From Octopus bimaculoides (Eukaryota): a stretch of DNA of 35,377 nt. Both the position numbers and the translations under genes were made by a program. Location of the stretch: positions 47,745,711 through 47,781,087 of the forward strand of contig NC_068981.1 of assembly GCF_001194135.2 (NCBI RefSeq). The letters run 5' to 3'. Below, in pieces: positions 12,206 through 23,950 of this stretch; the first letter of the stretch is position 1; the number at the start of each line of letters is the position of its first letter. The notes beneath the pieces are model-generated. The model saw only the letters and a list, made by a program, of their open reading frames with translations, searched no databases and was not told where the DNA came from.

Positions 12206-13057
12206 GAATTTATATATATATATACCATTATAGGGCTATTTTTTGCTGGAAATTGATACATTTGTATTAATACATTTGTATTGAAATATATATATATATA
12301 NNNNNNNNNNNNNNNNNNNNNNNNNNNNNNNNNNNNNNNNNNNNNNNNNNNNNNNNNNNNNNNNNNNNNNNNNNNNNNNNNNNNNNNNNNNNNNNNNNNN
12401 NNNNNNNNNNNNNNNNNNNNNNNNNNNNNNNNNNNNNNNNNNNNNNNNNNNNNNNNNNNNNNNNNNNNNNNNNNNNNNNNNNNNNNNNNNNNNNNNNNNN
12501 NNNNNNNNNNNNNNNNNNNNNNNNNNNNNNNNNNNNNNNNNNNNNNNNNNNNNNNNNNNNNNNNNNNNNNNNNNNNNNNNNNNNNNNNNNNNNNNNNNNN
12601 NNNNNNNNNNNNNNNNNNNNNNNNNNNNNNNNNNNNNNNNNNNNNNNNNNNNNNNNNNNNNNNNNNNNNNNNNNNNNNNNNNNNNNNNNNNNNNNNNNNN
12701 NNNNNNNNNNNNNNNNNNNNNNNNNNNNNNNNNNNNNNNNNNNNNNNNNNNNNNNNNNNNNNNNNNNNNNNNNNNNNNNNNNNNNNNNNNNNNNNNNNNN
12801 NNNNNNNNNNNNNNNNNNNNNNNNNNNNNNNNNNNNNNNNNNNNNNNNNNNNNNNNNNNNNNNNNNNNNNNNNNNNNNNNNNNNNNNNNNNNNNNNNNNN
12901 NNNNNNNNNNNNNNNNNNNNNNNNNNNNNNNNNNNNNNNNNNNNNNNNNNNNNNNNNNNNNNNNNNNNNNNNNNNNNNNNNNNNNNNNNNNNNNNNNNNN
13001 NNNNATTTTATCCGAGTTATTTTTTACTTGGAGAAAATAAATACATATAATAATAAT

Positions 13058-13098
<41 letters not shown>

Positions 13099-13119
13099 AC
13101 TATTTAAATGCTGAAACTA

Positions 13120-13740
13120 TTATGCAGTGTGGCAGTCAGCAGATAAATGAAGATAACGACGTTGTACAATATGGTACATCAGTTCCAATGAGGCTGTGTG
13201 GCGCATCTTCAATTTATCCATTCATGAATGAGAGGCACCCAGCAAGCATTCATCTGAGTGCCCATCTAGAGTTATCTTTAGAAGATAAGCAACGTTGCAA
13301 CAACCACTTTCTCCAAAAGAAACTACGATTACTGCCTTTTTTTAAGTTGTGGCAAATAGATGAAAATGCAAGAAAACTTCTTTAACCACAATTACTCAAG
13401 TTTTACAATTGGAGAAACAATAGCACAAGATGAAACGTGTGGCTTACTCTCTTGCAAGAGTTTACAGTGTCCACCCGAGCAAAGCACAATGTTACTATCT
13501 ACGGCTCCTTGTGCATAAAGTATGTGGTGCTAAATCATTGTAACTTTCGATGAGTGTTAATAGTGGTGTGTGTAAAACATATAGGGAAGCATGGTATCAA
13601 CAAGTATTTTAGAAAATGATGAGCACTGGAACCTTGCATTGACTGAGCATCACTATCAGATTCTCCAAGGAAACTCCGAAACCTATTTGGAATTATACTG
13701 AGCATGTGTTAACTTGGCCGTCTCCTACAGTTTTCGATGA
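13120..13740 (+). mobile_element. Helitron Rep/helicase (RepHel) internal fragment, frameshifted
   Basis: Pieces translate to YISSNEAVWRIFNLSIHE/ERHPASIHLSAHLE, ETTITAFF/KLWQIDENARKLL, LARVYSVHPSKAQCYYLRLLVHKVCG, KTYREA, LENDEHWNLAL and SPRKLRNLFGIIL, collinear with the Helitron segment between the Rep and helicase domains. Confidence 0.85.
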
Positions 13741-14699
13741 GGTATCGTGAGGATATAGATAAGGACTTAAAATACGCAGTTCGACGGGCAATCCCAGTGT
13801 GTGCACACTCACACACGTATGAGATGAGTAGGTATACATATATGATAGATTGAATTTTTATTTTATACATTCATGTATGTGTGTGTGTGTGTGTGTGTGT
13901 GGGTGTGTGTGTGGGTGTGTATGTGTGTGTGTGTGTGTGTGTGCTTGTCTTTGTGTCTGCGTGTGTGTGAATATTTCTGACAGTGTAACTTTACATTACT
14001 AAGTTTAGGCGCTTCATAAATATTTTTATATAATGAATATATAGTTAACGTTTATATTCCCATTATTCAGATACAATGCTAATGTATAGTAGTTGATTGA
14101 TCCAAGAAACGGAACAGTATATCGTTCAATGTCACATCTAATATATTCAAAATCTTGGAGCAGTATCATTGAAATAATATAGTGCATTCAAACCTATATT
14201 CATCTAACATGTTGGTAAGTCTATCAATTATATTTGATCGACTATAAATCACCTTCATACCTCTATCAACATATGCAAATGTAATCTGAAACCGTCTTTA
14301 ATTACTAATGACTTACCACATGAAATAAAATGATGAAAATAGGTGAATGTAGATTATGGCAGTGATAAATGAGCTGGCTATATAAAATATCCTGTTGTAA
14401 ATACCAGTCTGTATCCTAGAAATTGACGCAGAAAAACGTTACAATCGGAAAAATACATTGATTTGATATGTGTATAAATAATTTCACTGAAATCATTTCT
14501 ATATATATNNNNNNNNNNNNNNNNNNNNNNNNNNNNNNNNNNNNNNNNNNNNNNNNNNNNNNNNNNNNNNNNNNNNNNNNNNNNNNNNNNNNNNNNNNNN
14601 NNNNNNNNNNNNNNNNNNNNNNNNNNNNNNNNNNNNNNNNNNNNNNNNNNNNNNNNNNNNNNNNNNNNNNNNNNNNNNNNNNNNNNNNNNNNNATAATT

Positions 14700-15451
14700 A
14701 ATACAGATATACGGTAAAATTAATAATTAATAATTTTTCCAAGTATTTCGGTATGTTAAAAGAACCATTATCGGTAAACTTATACAAAAGTTTTATAATC
14801 ATAAGCATAATTATAATTAGAGTTCAGCAAAAACAGCTTCACCACATACCGAAATTTAGAAATAGCAGTTAACTATTATTCCACTACCATAATTTATCTC
14901 CCAGACAGCAGTACTCGCAACTCACACAGGCAAAGAGAAAAAATAACGAATCTCCTCGGCTTTGGTTAGATGTATACGCGTTTCTGGATTAAAGAGATGC
15001 AAAACATATTATTCACTTACCTCCATCATCAGAACAGTATTTCCAATTATAAATCCGAGAATGCTAATAATTAAGATATGGATTCGACCAAGCTTTTTCG
15101 AACATCATATAGCCAAAAGCTAGCATTTCCAAATTCATATAGACGAGTAAGAAACTCGTATCGTTCCCAATCACCCACGGTTAATCCCGGAGAAAACTGC
15201 AGTTTACTAACGGGAAGTGAATTAGTTAATCAATACAGATAAAGGGTAAAATTAATAATTAATAACTAATAATTTCACAAAGTAGTTAGGTATGTAAAAG
15301 AACCATTATCGGTAAACTTATATAAAACCTTTATAATTACGGAAGAATGCGAGTTTCTTACTCGTCTATATGAATTCGGAAATGCTGATTTTTGGACATA
15401 TGATGTTCAATGCGATTGATCGAATATATATCTTGATTATTAGCATTCTCG
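14700..15451. repeat. Interleaved ~100-bp direct repeat and ~105-bp inverted repeat
   Basis: Direct copies at 14700-14799 and 15232-15337; inverted copies at 15056-15161 and 15347-15451. Confidence 0.8.
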
Positions 15452-15469
15452 CATAGAGAAAAGGAATAA

Positions 15470-15836
15470 ACAGTGTATAAGTGAAAATAGGATCAAAAAG
15501 CTTCCTTGGCCAAGTCAATCTCCTGACATGAATCTAATTGAAAATCTTTGGAGCATACTAGACAGAGCTAGACGAAAACCTCGACGGAAACCTAAATCTA
15601 AAGATGAATTGTTTCGATCGTTGCGTGAAAAGTGGGCAGAAATTCCACAAGAGATAATCAAAAAGCACATCAGTTCAATGATAAACAGAGTTTCTGAATT
15701 AAAAACTGCAAGGTGACTGTCAACTAAATACTAAATTATGTAGTCCTACCTATCGATTACATTTCAATTCTTCGAGTTGCGTATTAAATGAAAGATTTTT
15801 ATAATTAAAGGTGTCTATTTACTTCCTGCATGTCTG
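15470..15836 (+). mobile_element. Tc1-like (DD34E) transposon 3' fragment with right terminal inverted repeat
   Basis: LPWPSQSPDMNLIENLWSILDRA...KSKDELFRSLREKWAEIPQEIIKKHISSMINRVSELKTAR. Ends GGTGTCTATTTACTTCCTGCATGTCTG followed by TA. Confidence 0.8.
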
Positions 15837-15855
15837 TATATATATGTGCGTGTGT

Positions 15856-15899
<44 letters not shown>

Positions 15900-16174
15900 A
15901 TTTTCGTTTAAATAAATAAGTATTTTGCGTTTAATTACATTCCACGATATTTAACCAAGTGTTCCTCATTAAATATTTAAAGTCTACGTATATATTTCCG
16001 TTATTAATATAATTTTCGTGTGGCAAAATAATATTTCATTCTTCGTTTGCATTACAATTTTAAATACTCGTGTATTTGTTTAATGTCTGTTGGTGAAGAA
16101 ATTTTCCGTCATATCTACCTAAATCTGATGATACATTGCGTTATTAATGTCATCATTTTATTTCATGTCTGAGA

Positions 16175-16490
16175 AATGTGCATGGCTTAGTGGTTAGGAC
16201 ATTCTGCTCACGATAGTAAGGTCATGAGTTCACTTCCCGGCGACGCATTGTGTCCTTGAGCAAGACACTTTATTTCACGGTGCCCCAGTCCACTCAACTG
16301 GCAAAAATAACTAATACATGCATTTCAAAGGGCCAGTCTACTCCCACTCCATGTCACGCTGAATCTCTCTGAGAACTACGTTAAGGTTACACCTGTCTGT
16401 GGAGTGTTCAGCCACTTGCACCTTAATTTCACGAGCAAACCGTTCCGTTGATCGTATCAGCTGTGACCCTCGTGGTCGTAACCAACAATG
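16175..16490 (+). mobile_element. tRNA-derived SINE with conserved central domain
   Basis: A box TGGCTTAGTGG (16183), B-box-like GAGTTCACTTCC (16226), central TGTGTCCTTGAGCAAGACACT (16249) typical of V/Meta/Deu-type core SINEs. The 3' part is shared with 35236-35310. Confidence 0.75.
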
Positions 16491-18890
16491 TGTTCCTGTT
16501 CTTTATGTCATAATATTTACCCAATTAAATAATCTATAAATCTTTTAGTAAGACGGTGATTGCCTTATTTAAGATTAACAGAAACAAAATTTAAGCCATT
16601 TAAACAATACTCATTCATAAACAATTATGCCCTTTTTTAAAATGATGTGACGTTCCCTTTCCTCTGCAGCATTATTGAACGTCGTATGTTCTATTTAGGT
16701 ATAAAATTTATATAAAATTCCACCAATGTCCTAGTTGTTGGATTGTTCTCTATTTTGTCCAGAAGTCTTAGACTGTAATCATCGCACTGTGACAGGCTTT
16801 CAAAAACTGGTGAGAATGGGAAAATATCCATTCTCAAAAGTTAAATTTAGTTCAAATACTTGACAGAGCGTGGATTCTGCTAAACGCAGCAAATAGTGAA
16901 GTGTTGCAATCAAAGGCAATTAGCGATTAATAATTTCCTACACATTTACGTCAAAGAGAGTTTTAAAATCCGTACTTCATCCATAAACGAATAGCGCAAG
17001 ACATCCCTCTAAGGTCTACCAGTCTACTAGTCTAGTGCGCGTTGGTTCGAACTTAGAAAGCATATTGCAGGAATACATAATTGAAGTAATTTCGTTTGAC
17101 GTAGAGCTACTGTATCAGGTCGGTGTTTTTGAAATATGTTAGCGTTGCTAACTGGAAAATTTTAGTGATTCGAATGCCTTCATTTTAATGCAGTTTTCAT
17201 TCAGATTGTGTGAACTGATATCATTTGTGCAACTCAATTTAGATTATATTTCCAGACTGTTGGAATCTGAAATAGTCTTCGGCTGGCAGGATGAGTTGAA
17301 ATACTTGGGGTACAATGTCTCTAATGTTGGCTGACAGAGATCATTTGAGCGGACAACAGCGTGAGTGTGTGGAGTCTAAAATATTCCATAACAAATGTAT
17401 TTCCCCTCATTCCGGATGATGTGATACAAATGTGATCCAGTGCATAAATAGAAATGTTAATGTTTAAAATTGCCTGTTACAAATGTTTTCTGATAGTTTG
17501 TTTATTGTAACAGAGCAGGTTTTGCCTGAGTCCTTGAAGGGCTGTGTGTGATGTCTATAGTTTAGTGAAATGTTTTGTGTGATATGAAATGCATCAGATC
17601 CGATATAATTTAGATAATATATAGGCTACTAATATATAAGTAAGTGTGCTGTGGACATGAGTGAAAACTGGTCCATAGATATTGGTTCAAAAATAGCTTC
17701 TTCAGCACACAAAATGGTTATGTTCTCAGTGAATCATAGAAAATATTCATATTCACATCTGCAGAAGAAAGAGATAAGTTGTTCTTTTACTGGGTTGTAT
17801 ACAAAATATGAACAAATGTATTTCTTATATCAAGTGCGTTGATACTGTTTTATCAAATAAGAAAGGAGAGAAGAATAAAGAGAAAACAAGCCAGATATAT
17901 CTGAGTACAACTAATCAAACCATATATACGAAGGGCAACTGCTCGAGAAATATCCCTTCCACCAACTAAGATATTTTGCAACAATTTCTAAATTCTGCTA
18001 TCTGTAGGCATCAGAAATTATTAGTCACGAATCTCATGTGATATTTCTTCCAGTAACGGTATGAATCTCGCCTGCATTGGGGAAACTGTTTCCTATGGCT
18101 CTGTCACATTCTAAGACACTCATTTTTTATAACACATTTCGTTATTATTATTAACTCAAAATGTACTCTTTGTTAGGTTTGGAACACTTATTATAGACAT
18201 GTGAATTTAATACGTTTGTTATGGTATAGATGTAGGATTGCTTAAATATATTATGCTATTAGAAAGGCATCAATTATAATAATGATATACATGGAAATGC
18301 AATCACTTTTCATCCATGCTTTCAATGTTCGAATCAAATGGGAAAAATCTCTTGGCGGTAGGTTTCATTCATGAAATCCAGGTACCTGTGTCTTCTTTAA
18401 AAAGCGCGTTCAAGTAATTGTTTAATTATCTTCCGAAAGACACCACCCTCTCTTTTCCTCGTTTCTACTGGACGTCGAATGTTTAAGGAGATGCGTTTAC
18501 TTTATTATATTGTTGTTTATCGCAACTAATGTCTTTCTAACACTTAAATTCTTTTAATTACTTTTGTTTCAAGCTGTGTTGTGCATAAGATGCTTAAGAG
18601 GTTTCGGTATTAAGTCGTTTACTTAATGGCAAAACCTTTTAAGCATAAATGAGCAAATTGATGCCAACCATGGAAAACTGCTGACTGTGTTAGTTCTAGT
18701 GTAACGAGAGTGATTCGGTATATTTTCACCAAGGAGTATCAAACAATCGTAAAAACGTTGCGGCGAAAAATCCGCCACATGTCATTTTGCGTATTAACTG
18801 CATGAAAAGAATGTGCTTACACACTTACGTACTTGCTTCTCGCAAATTATAGCATTCTAATATTTAAACTGATATGCAGTGATGTGACAT

Positions 18891-19089
18891 AATCATTAGC
18901 ACGCCGGGCGAAATGTTTAGCGGCATTTCATCCGTGTTCGCATTCTGCGTTCAAATTACAGTGCGGTTGACTTTACCTTCATCATTCCTGGGTCGATAAA
19001 AATAAGTGCCAGCTGAGCACTGAGGTGGATGTAATCAACTTAATCCACTTCAAAGCTGCTGGCCTTGTGCTACTCTTTTTAAACCAATA
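18891..19089 (+). mobile_element. Octopus-type SINE (OK-like), 5'-truncated
   Basis: TTAGCACGCCGGGCGAAATG...GTTGACTTTACCTTCATC...GGGTCGATAAAAATAAG...GATGTAATCAACT...GCTGGCCTTGTGC, homologous to the copies at 31209, 31560 and 32471. Confidence 0.75.
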
Positions 19090-20658
19090 TTTACATATTC
19101 CATATTTCCGATTTGCGAAATGTTGTACGTATAATACCATAATTAAGTAAGGAGAAATCTTATAAACCTCAAATATGCAAATGAAGTATAAACATGGCTA
19201 GAAAGAAGGCAACAAAGTGACTACGAGGTGTTAGTGCAAGAATGTTACTGTTGACACTACGGTAGCTGCCATTATATTATCGAGAGAAAAGGAAATTGGA
19301 GTCGTACGTTCTGAGAAGCAGACATCATGTCTTAAGGGGAAGTGTGTCGGGAAGACTCAAACCCCTCTTACAGCACATCAAAAGGATAAAAAGAACGTTT
19401 TTACATTCTTATGCAAATTTTATTCTTTCTTGTGTAATTCCATTGAAACTTAGATCAGTCGTTTTGATATCTATTTTTCAGTTAATGACAAGACATTTGA
19501 TGTGCACCTACATTAAAAAAAGCTATCAATCTTGATACATGGAAGTAGCTACGTTGCCCGCTAAAACATAGAGTACTTGACAACTGAGGCTGTGGATTTC
19601 CAACTGATATTGAGTACATCTTAGCAGAAAAAACGTGAAACAAATGTAGAAACGGTCCATCGCGAGTCATTCATATATTTCCGTATGTCAGAGGAATGAG
19701 AGAACGGTGTTTAGATTTTCACTTGATATTTTATAATCTTAAACTTCCAATATGTCATTGTAATTTAGCTGTTATTTTGGCGCCTAAAATATATACTATT
19801 TAATAACAACATGTTTAATGGAAAACATTTAAATGAAGATATCATAAATCATGAGAGTTTAGCAGCTTGTATACTGATATTCATGCATACAAACATACAT
19901 ACATAAATTACTACTTCACACACACATACACACACACACACATGCATATATATAATTAAAATAAATAGCAGTTTGCATTGTTTTACCAAAAATGAAAACT
20001 GTAATTGTCGCTAAAAGTGAATACGGTATCAGAAAAACCTACATCCTTATACATAAGAGCTAAAACGGTCAAATGCAAATTCAAAACACATAATTTTATA
20101 CATATATACAGACAGAGACAATGATCATCCGAACGCACCGTTCGAGATTTCCCTTTACTCACGTCTATAATTTTCATTAAATGTGCACATAACTGTATAC
20201 ATATATACATATTCGGAAAATTATAGCCCCTGTCTGTATATATGTATAGAATCATGTGCCTAGACTATAGCATTAGAACATTTTAGCTCTTGTTTCTATC
20301 AATTTAGTTGTTCTTAACATCCTAGTCACATTTAGTGACAATTATAGTGTACAGATTTGGTAACATATTGCAAACTGCTGACTAATTTAATTTTATGTAT
20401 ATACATTAACGATTTGCTAAATGATCCATAGATTTCTATGATGAAAATATATATACAGAATCAGAATTTGCAATGCAGTATGTTTAACACCCTAATCACA
20501 TTTAGTGACAATCATATACATATATATATATATAAAGAAAGAAATAGAGATATATTTTAGAATCATTCTCTTGTCGGCTAAGCGAGGTTTGCTCGGTGGG
20601 ATTCAGCTATTGGAAGTTTTGGGCAGTCTCCAGGTGATGTTATATGACATTCATTCAC

Positions 20659-20748
20659 CAGTTGGTCGCGAAATATAGCCGACAAATGACAATAGCTTGG
20701 CCTCTTTTGAATCCTAAAAGAGGTTCTGTTATTGCTTAGCATGAAGGT
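20659..20748 (-). CDS. Weak candidate exon (phase 0-0)
   Basis: Acceptor tctttccactcactattgcag|, donor CTG|gtgaat, TFMLSNNRTSFRIQKRPSYCHLSAIFRDQL, inside the 124-codon ORF 20578-20952. No family recognised. Confidence 0.25.
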
Positions 20749-21780
20749 CTGCAATAGTGAGTGGAAAGACGTTCGGTACGTCTTCTCATAGCGACAAATA
20801 TAAACACGTACATGAAAGTCCATCACATTTTTCCAATACAACGGTGTCGTTGAAAAATGTTCATTCATTCGTCTGTAATTCTTTATCAATGCTAATGCCA
20901 TTCTGATATTTAAAGCTACATCAATATTTTTGATGCATGCACTATTGCGCAAGTAATGAATATAGAAATATGCTTACACTGTGTCCACTACGAAAATCAA
21001 TAATTAATTTTGAGCTCTGTTTAATAGGTGCCAGACAATTGCGCGCAGTTATACATGCACACGCACACACACATGCATAGCACACAGAAGCATACACACA
21101 CATTAAAGTATGCTGCAAATAACTTCTTAATAAAATTATAGATGTGAAAAAATCTCCATTCTCATTATCAGTATANNNNNNNNNNNNNNNNNNNNNNNNN
21201 NNNNNNNNNNNNNNNNNNNNNNNNNNNNNNNNNNNNNNNNNNNNNNNNNNNNNNNNNNNNNNNNNNNNNNNNNNNNNNNNNNNNNNNNNNNNNNNNNNNN
21301 NNNNNNNNNNNNNNNNNNNNNNNNNNNNNNNNNNNNNNNNNNNNNNNNNNNNNNNNNNNNNNNNNNNNNNNNNNNNNNNNNNNNNNNNNNNNNNNNNNNN
21401 NNNNNNNNNNNNNNNNNNNNNNNNNNNNNNNNNNNNNNNNNNNNNNNNNNNNNNNNNNNNNNNNNNNNNNNNNNNNNNNNNNNNNNNNNNNNNNNNNNNN
21501 NNNNNNNNNNNNNNNNNNNNNNNNNNNNNNNNNNNNNNNNNNNNNNNNNNNNNNNNNNNNNNNNNNNNNNNNNNNNNNNNNNNNNNNNNNNNNNNNNNNN
21601 NNNNNNNNNNNNNNNNNNNNNNNNNNNNNNNNNNNNNNNNNNNNNNNNNNNNNNNNNNNNNNNNNNNNNNNNNNNNNNNNNNNNNNNNNNNNNNNNNNNN
21701 NNNNNNNNNNNNNNNNNNNNNNNNNNNNNNNNNNNNNNNNNNNNNNNNNNNNNNNNNACAAACAAACACAAACGTACACA

Positions 21781-21833
<53 letters not shown>

Positions 21834-22486
21834 ACACACATACACACACACATATATACTTATGATGGGGATATGTACGTATATTTCTATTCTATTGTAT
21901 GCAAAATATTAATTTAATACTCTAATTATACTTACGAAACAATCGCGCCCAATAACATTTTCCTGGAGGAGTATGTTGCGCACATGAATCACAATGCAAC
22001 ATTAGAGAATATATATACACATTGCCTTATGTTAGGCAAACCTAATTGCAACTGTAATACTTGTTACTTATGTGTTTATCGTACCGTGATGGAAACAAAA
22101 TATAATCTACGAATTTCAAATGGAATTGTCGTCGAGATTAACGGAAGGTACAACACCATAACACGTCACGTAAAACGGAGTACATGTGTGAAACTACGAA
22201 ACGGGATGTATTGGTGAAGGCTCAGAAATTTTTGAAATGTACAATGAAATGAAATAATTAATTTGTATGCATTGATGACTAGCTATGAATGTTTACTTTC
22301 TTCTAAGTTGTGGATTATAGTTGTAAAATAGAGTTAAAGAATGCAAACTTTATATGGTTTCTTCAAAGATGATGTAAAGAGAACTTGTGCAAAATATATT
22401 CGACGGTTCTATATGAAAAAATCCTATGATTGTAGTGTGATAATCTCTATAATGCCTGACATCTCATTTTAACAGATATGTTTTAT

Positions 22487-22533
22487 GTTTTACTTGTTTC
22501 AGTCATTAGACTGGCCATGCTGGGGCACCACCT

Positions 22534-22535
<2 letters not shown>
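22487..22535. mobile_element. Short terminal SINE fragment
   Basis: TTACTTGTTTCAGTCATTAGACTGGCCATGCTGGGGCACCACCTT resembles the end of an abundant octopus SINE (from recall, not searched). Confidence 0.35.
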
Positions 22536-22571
<36 letters not shown>

Positions 22572-22599
22572 CATAATTTACCAAAATTATATAAATATA

Positions 22600-23120
22600 T
22601 CTTGAAAGACTAAAAACTAAATTTATTCAATAAAATTACCTTTGGTTTTAACCACGGCTTTCAGACGACATTAGAATCTTTGCAACTCTTCTGGGAGTTC
22701 TCGTTACGTTGATGAATGCTACCACAAACCTAGCCTTTAGTTAATCTCCGTTGTTAAAAGCAATTTTGTTGGTCACTCGCTTAACTCCGTCCCACATATT
22801 TATCAAGGGTGTTGCAGTCTGGGGAGTTAGGTGGCCAGACATTAGAGGTGATGTGGTTACAGAAATTGTCTGACTGCCATGGCTGGAATCGCCTGCTTTT
22901 GTGGCTTGGTGCAGAGTCCTGTGGCAAGATATATGTTCTTCCAGCAGCCACCCTCCTGATCCAGGACAGCAATACTTCCTCTAGGCACATGATGTAGGCT
23001 TCGCATCTGAGGCAGTATAGGAAGGTGATTGGAAGCATAACGTAGGCGTCCCTAGTAGTCACTCTAAACAACATGATGTTGATTGGAAGTTTGACATTTA
23101 TCACTCTTGGTACATGCACT
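22600..23120 (-). mobile_element. Tc1/mariner DD37D (maT-like) transposase 3' remnant
   Basis: EAYIMCLEEVLLSWIRRVAAGRTYILPQDSAPSHKSRRFQPWQSDNFCNHITSNVWPPNSPDCNTLD, with 37 residues between the second and third catalytic D. Degenerate C-terminus ...KTKGNFIE*. Confidence 0.85.
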
Positions 23121-23224
23121 CTCCTGAGATTGAAGCATAAGCTCCCTGAAACGTTCGTATTGGAGTTTTTGGCACAAATGCCAAGCAATAAAGCATGTGG
23201 TTTCCCAAATTTCTGACCCTACGA

Positions 23225-23535
23225 ACATTTAAAATATTTACACTTGAGGGATATTTTTCGTCAATTTGTTTGTTGTAAACACAACGTTTCGGCTGATGTA
23301 CCCCCCAGCATTCATCAGGTGTCTTGGGTTGTGAACTTGGGTTCCCATTCCTGAGCAATTTTTCGATGTTATTATTACTATTATTATTATTATTATTATT
23401 ATTACTATTATTATTACTATTATTATTTTTATTATTATTATTATTATCATTATTATTATTCAGGTCACTGCCTGGAATCGAACTCGGAATCTTGGGGTTA
23501 GTAACCCGCGCTCTTAACCACTCCACCATATGGCC
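23225..23535 (-). mobile_element. tRNA-headed SINE-like element: head + (AAT)n + hammerhead-containing tail
   Basis: Head 23461-23535 with A box TGGTGGAGTGG, anticodon-like arm GGG-TTACTAA-CCC and B box GAGTTCGATTCC; (AAT)n 23368-23460; tail homologous to 23860-24010. Confidence 0.75.
23278..23323 (-). ncRNA. Minimal type I hammerhead ribozyme-like motif (one stem II mismatch)
   Basis: GACAC-CUGAUGA-A-UGCUG-GGGGGUACAU-CAGCC-GAA-ACGU-U-GUGUU: 5-bp stem I, intact core, palindromic ACGU stem III. The first stem II pair is U.C. Confidence 0.65.
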
Positions 23536-23554
23536 ACAGGCATATGGAGCAGTG

Positions 23555-23820
23555 GTTAAGCAGTTGTGTTCGATGAAAAAGGTAACAGTAGTACCAATAA
23601 TTGTCGGAGATCTGGGAACAATGAGCAAAAATCTCGAGAAGTACGTGGAACAAATAGGGGATGCAATAAGGGTGGAACGCTTACAGAAAACAGTACTGCA
23701 TGGAACCGCATGAATACTCCAGAAGGTGCTCGAAAAATAACAGGTGTTACCATAGTTCACTAGCAGTGAACAGCTGATACTCTAAGATATCTCCAGTGTT
23801 ACAAGTTCTGCAAAGGGAAT
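23555..23820 (+). mobile_element. 3' end of a second R4/Dong-like non-LTR retrotransposon
   Basis: VKQLCSMKKVTVVPIIVGDLGTMSKNLEKYVEQIGDAIRVERLQKTVLHGTA*ILQKVLEK*, then a short 3' UTR and an (AAT/AAC)n tail. Confidence 0.75.
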
Positions 23821-23905
23821 AATAATGATAATAACAACAACAACAATAATAATAGTAACTTCAGAGTAACCTTAGGATTGAGAACCCATGTTCGAAATTT
23901 CACAA

Positions 23906-23950
23906 GACGCCTGATGAAGCCTGGAGGTATATCAGCCGAAAAGTTGTGTT
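23906..23950 (+). ncRNA. Degenerate copy of the same hammerhead-like motif, within SINE tail 23860-24010
   Basis: GACGC-CUGAUGA-A-GCCUG-GAGGUAUAU-CAGCC-GAA-AAGU-U-GUGUU: core intact, one stem II mismatch, stem III palindrome broken (C to A). Confidence 0.55.

Noticed and set aside
14071-14214. Strong plus-strand acceptor and GTAAGT donor pair
   Set aside because: Stops in all three frames. A non-coding exon cannot be supported from sequence alone.
17140-17337. ~60-codon plus frame ending ...FGWQDELKYLGYNVSNVG*
   Set aside because: The KYLG resemblance to an RT motif is unsupported by any other RT motif, and no consistent splice pair avoids the stop.
23461-23535. Possible genuine tRNA-Ser gene
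   Set aside because: No acceptor-stem pairing, no long variable arm, and an ACT anticodon not normally used by eukaryotes. It is followed by (AAT)n and a repeat tail, so it is a SINE head.
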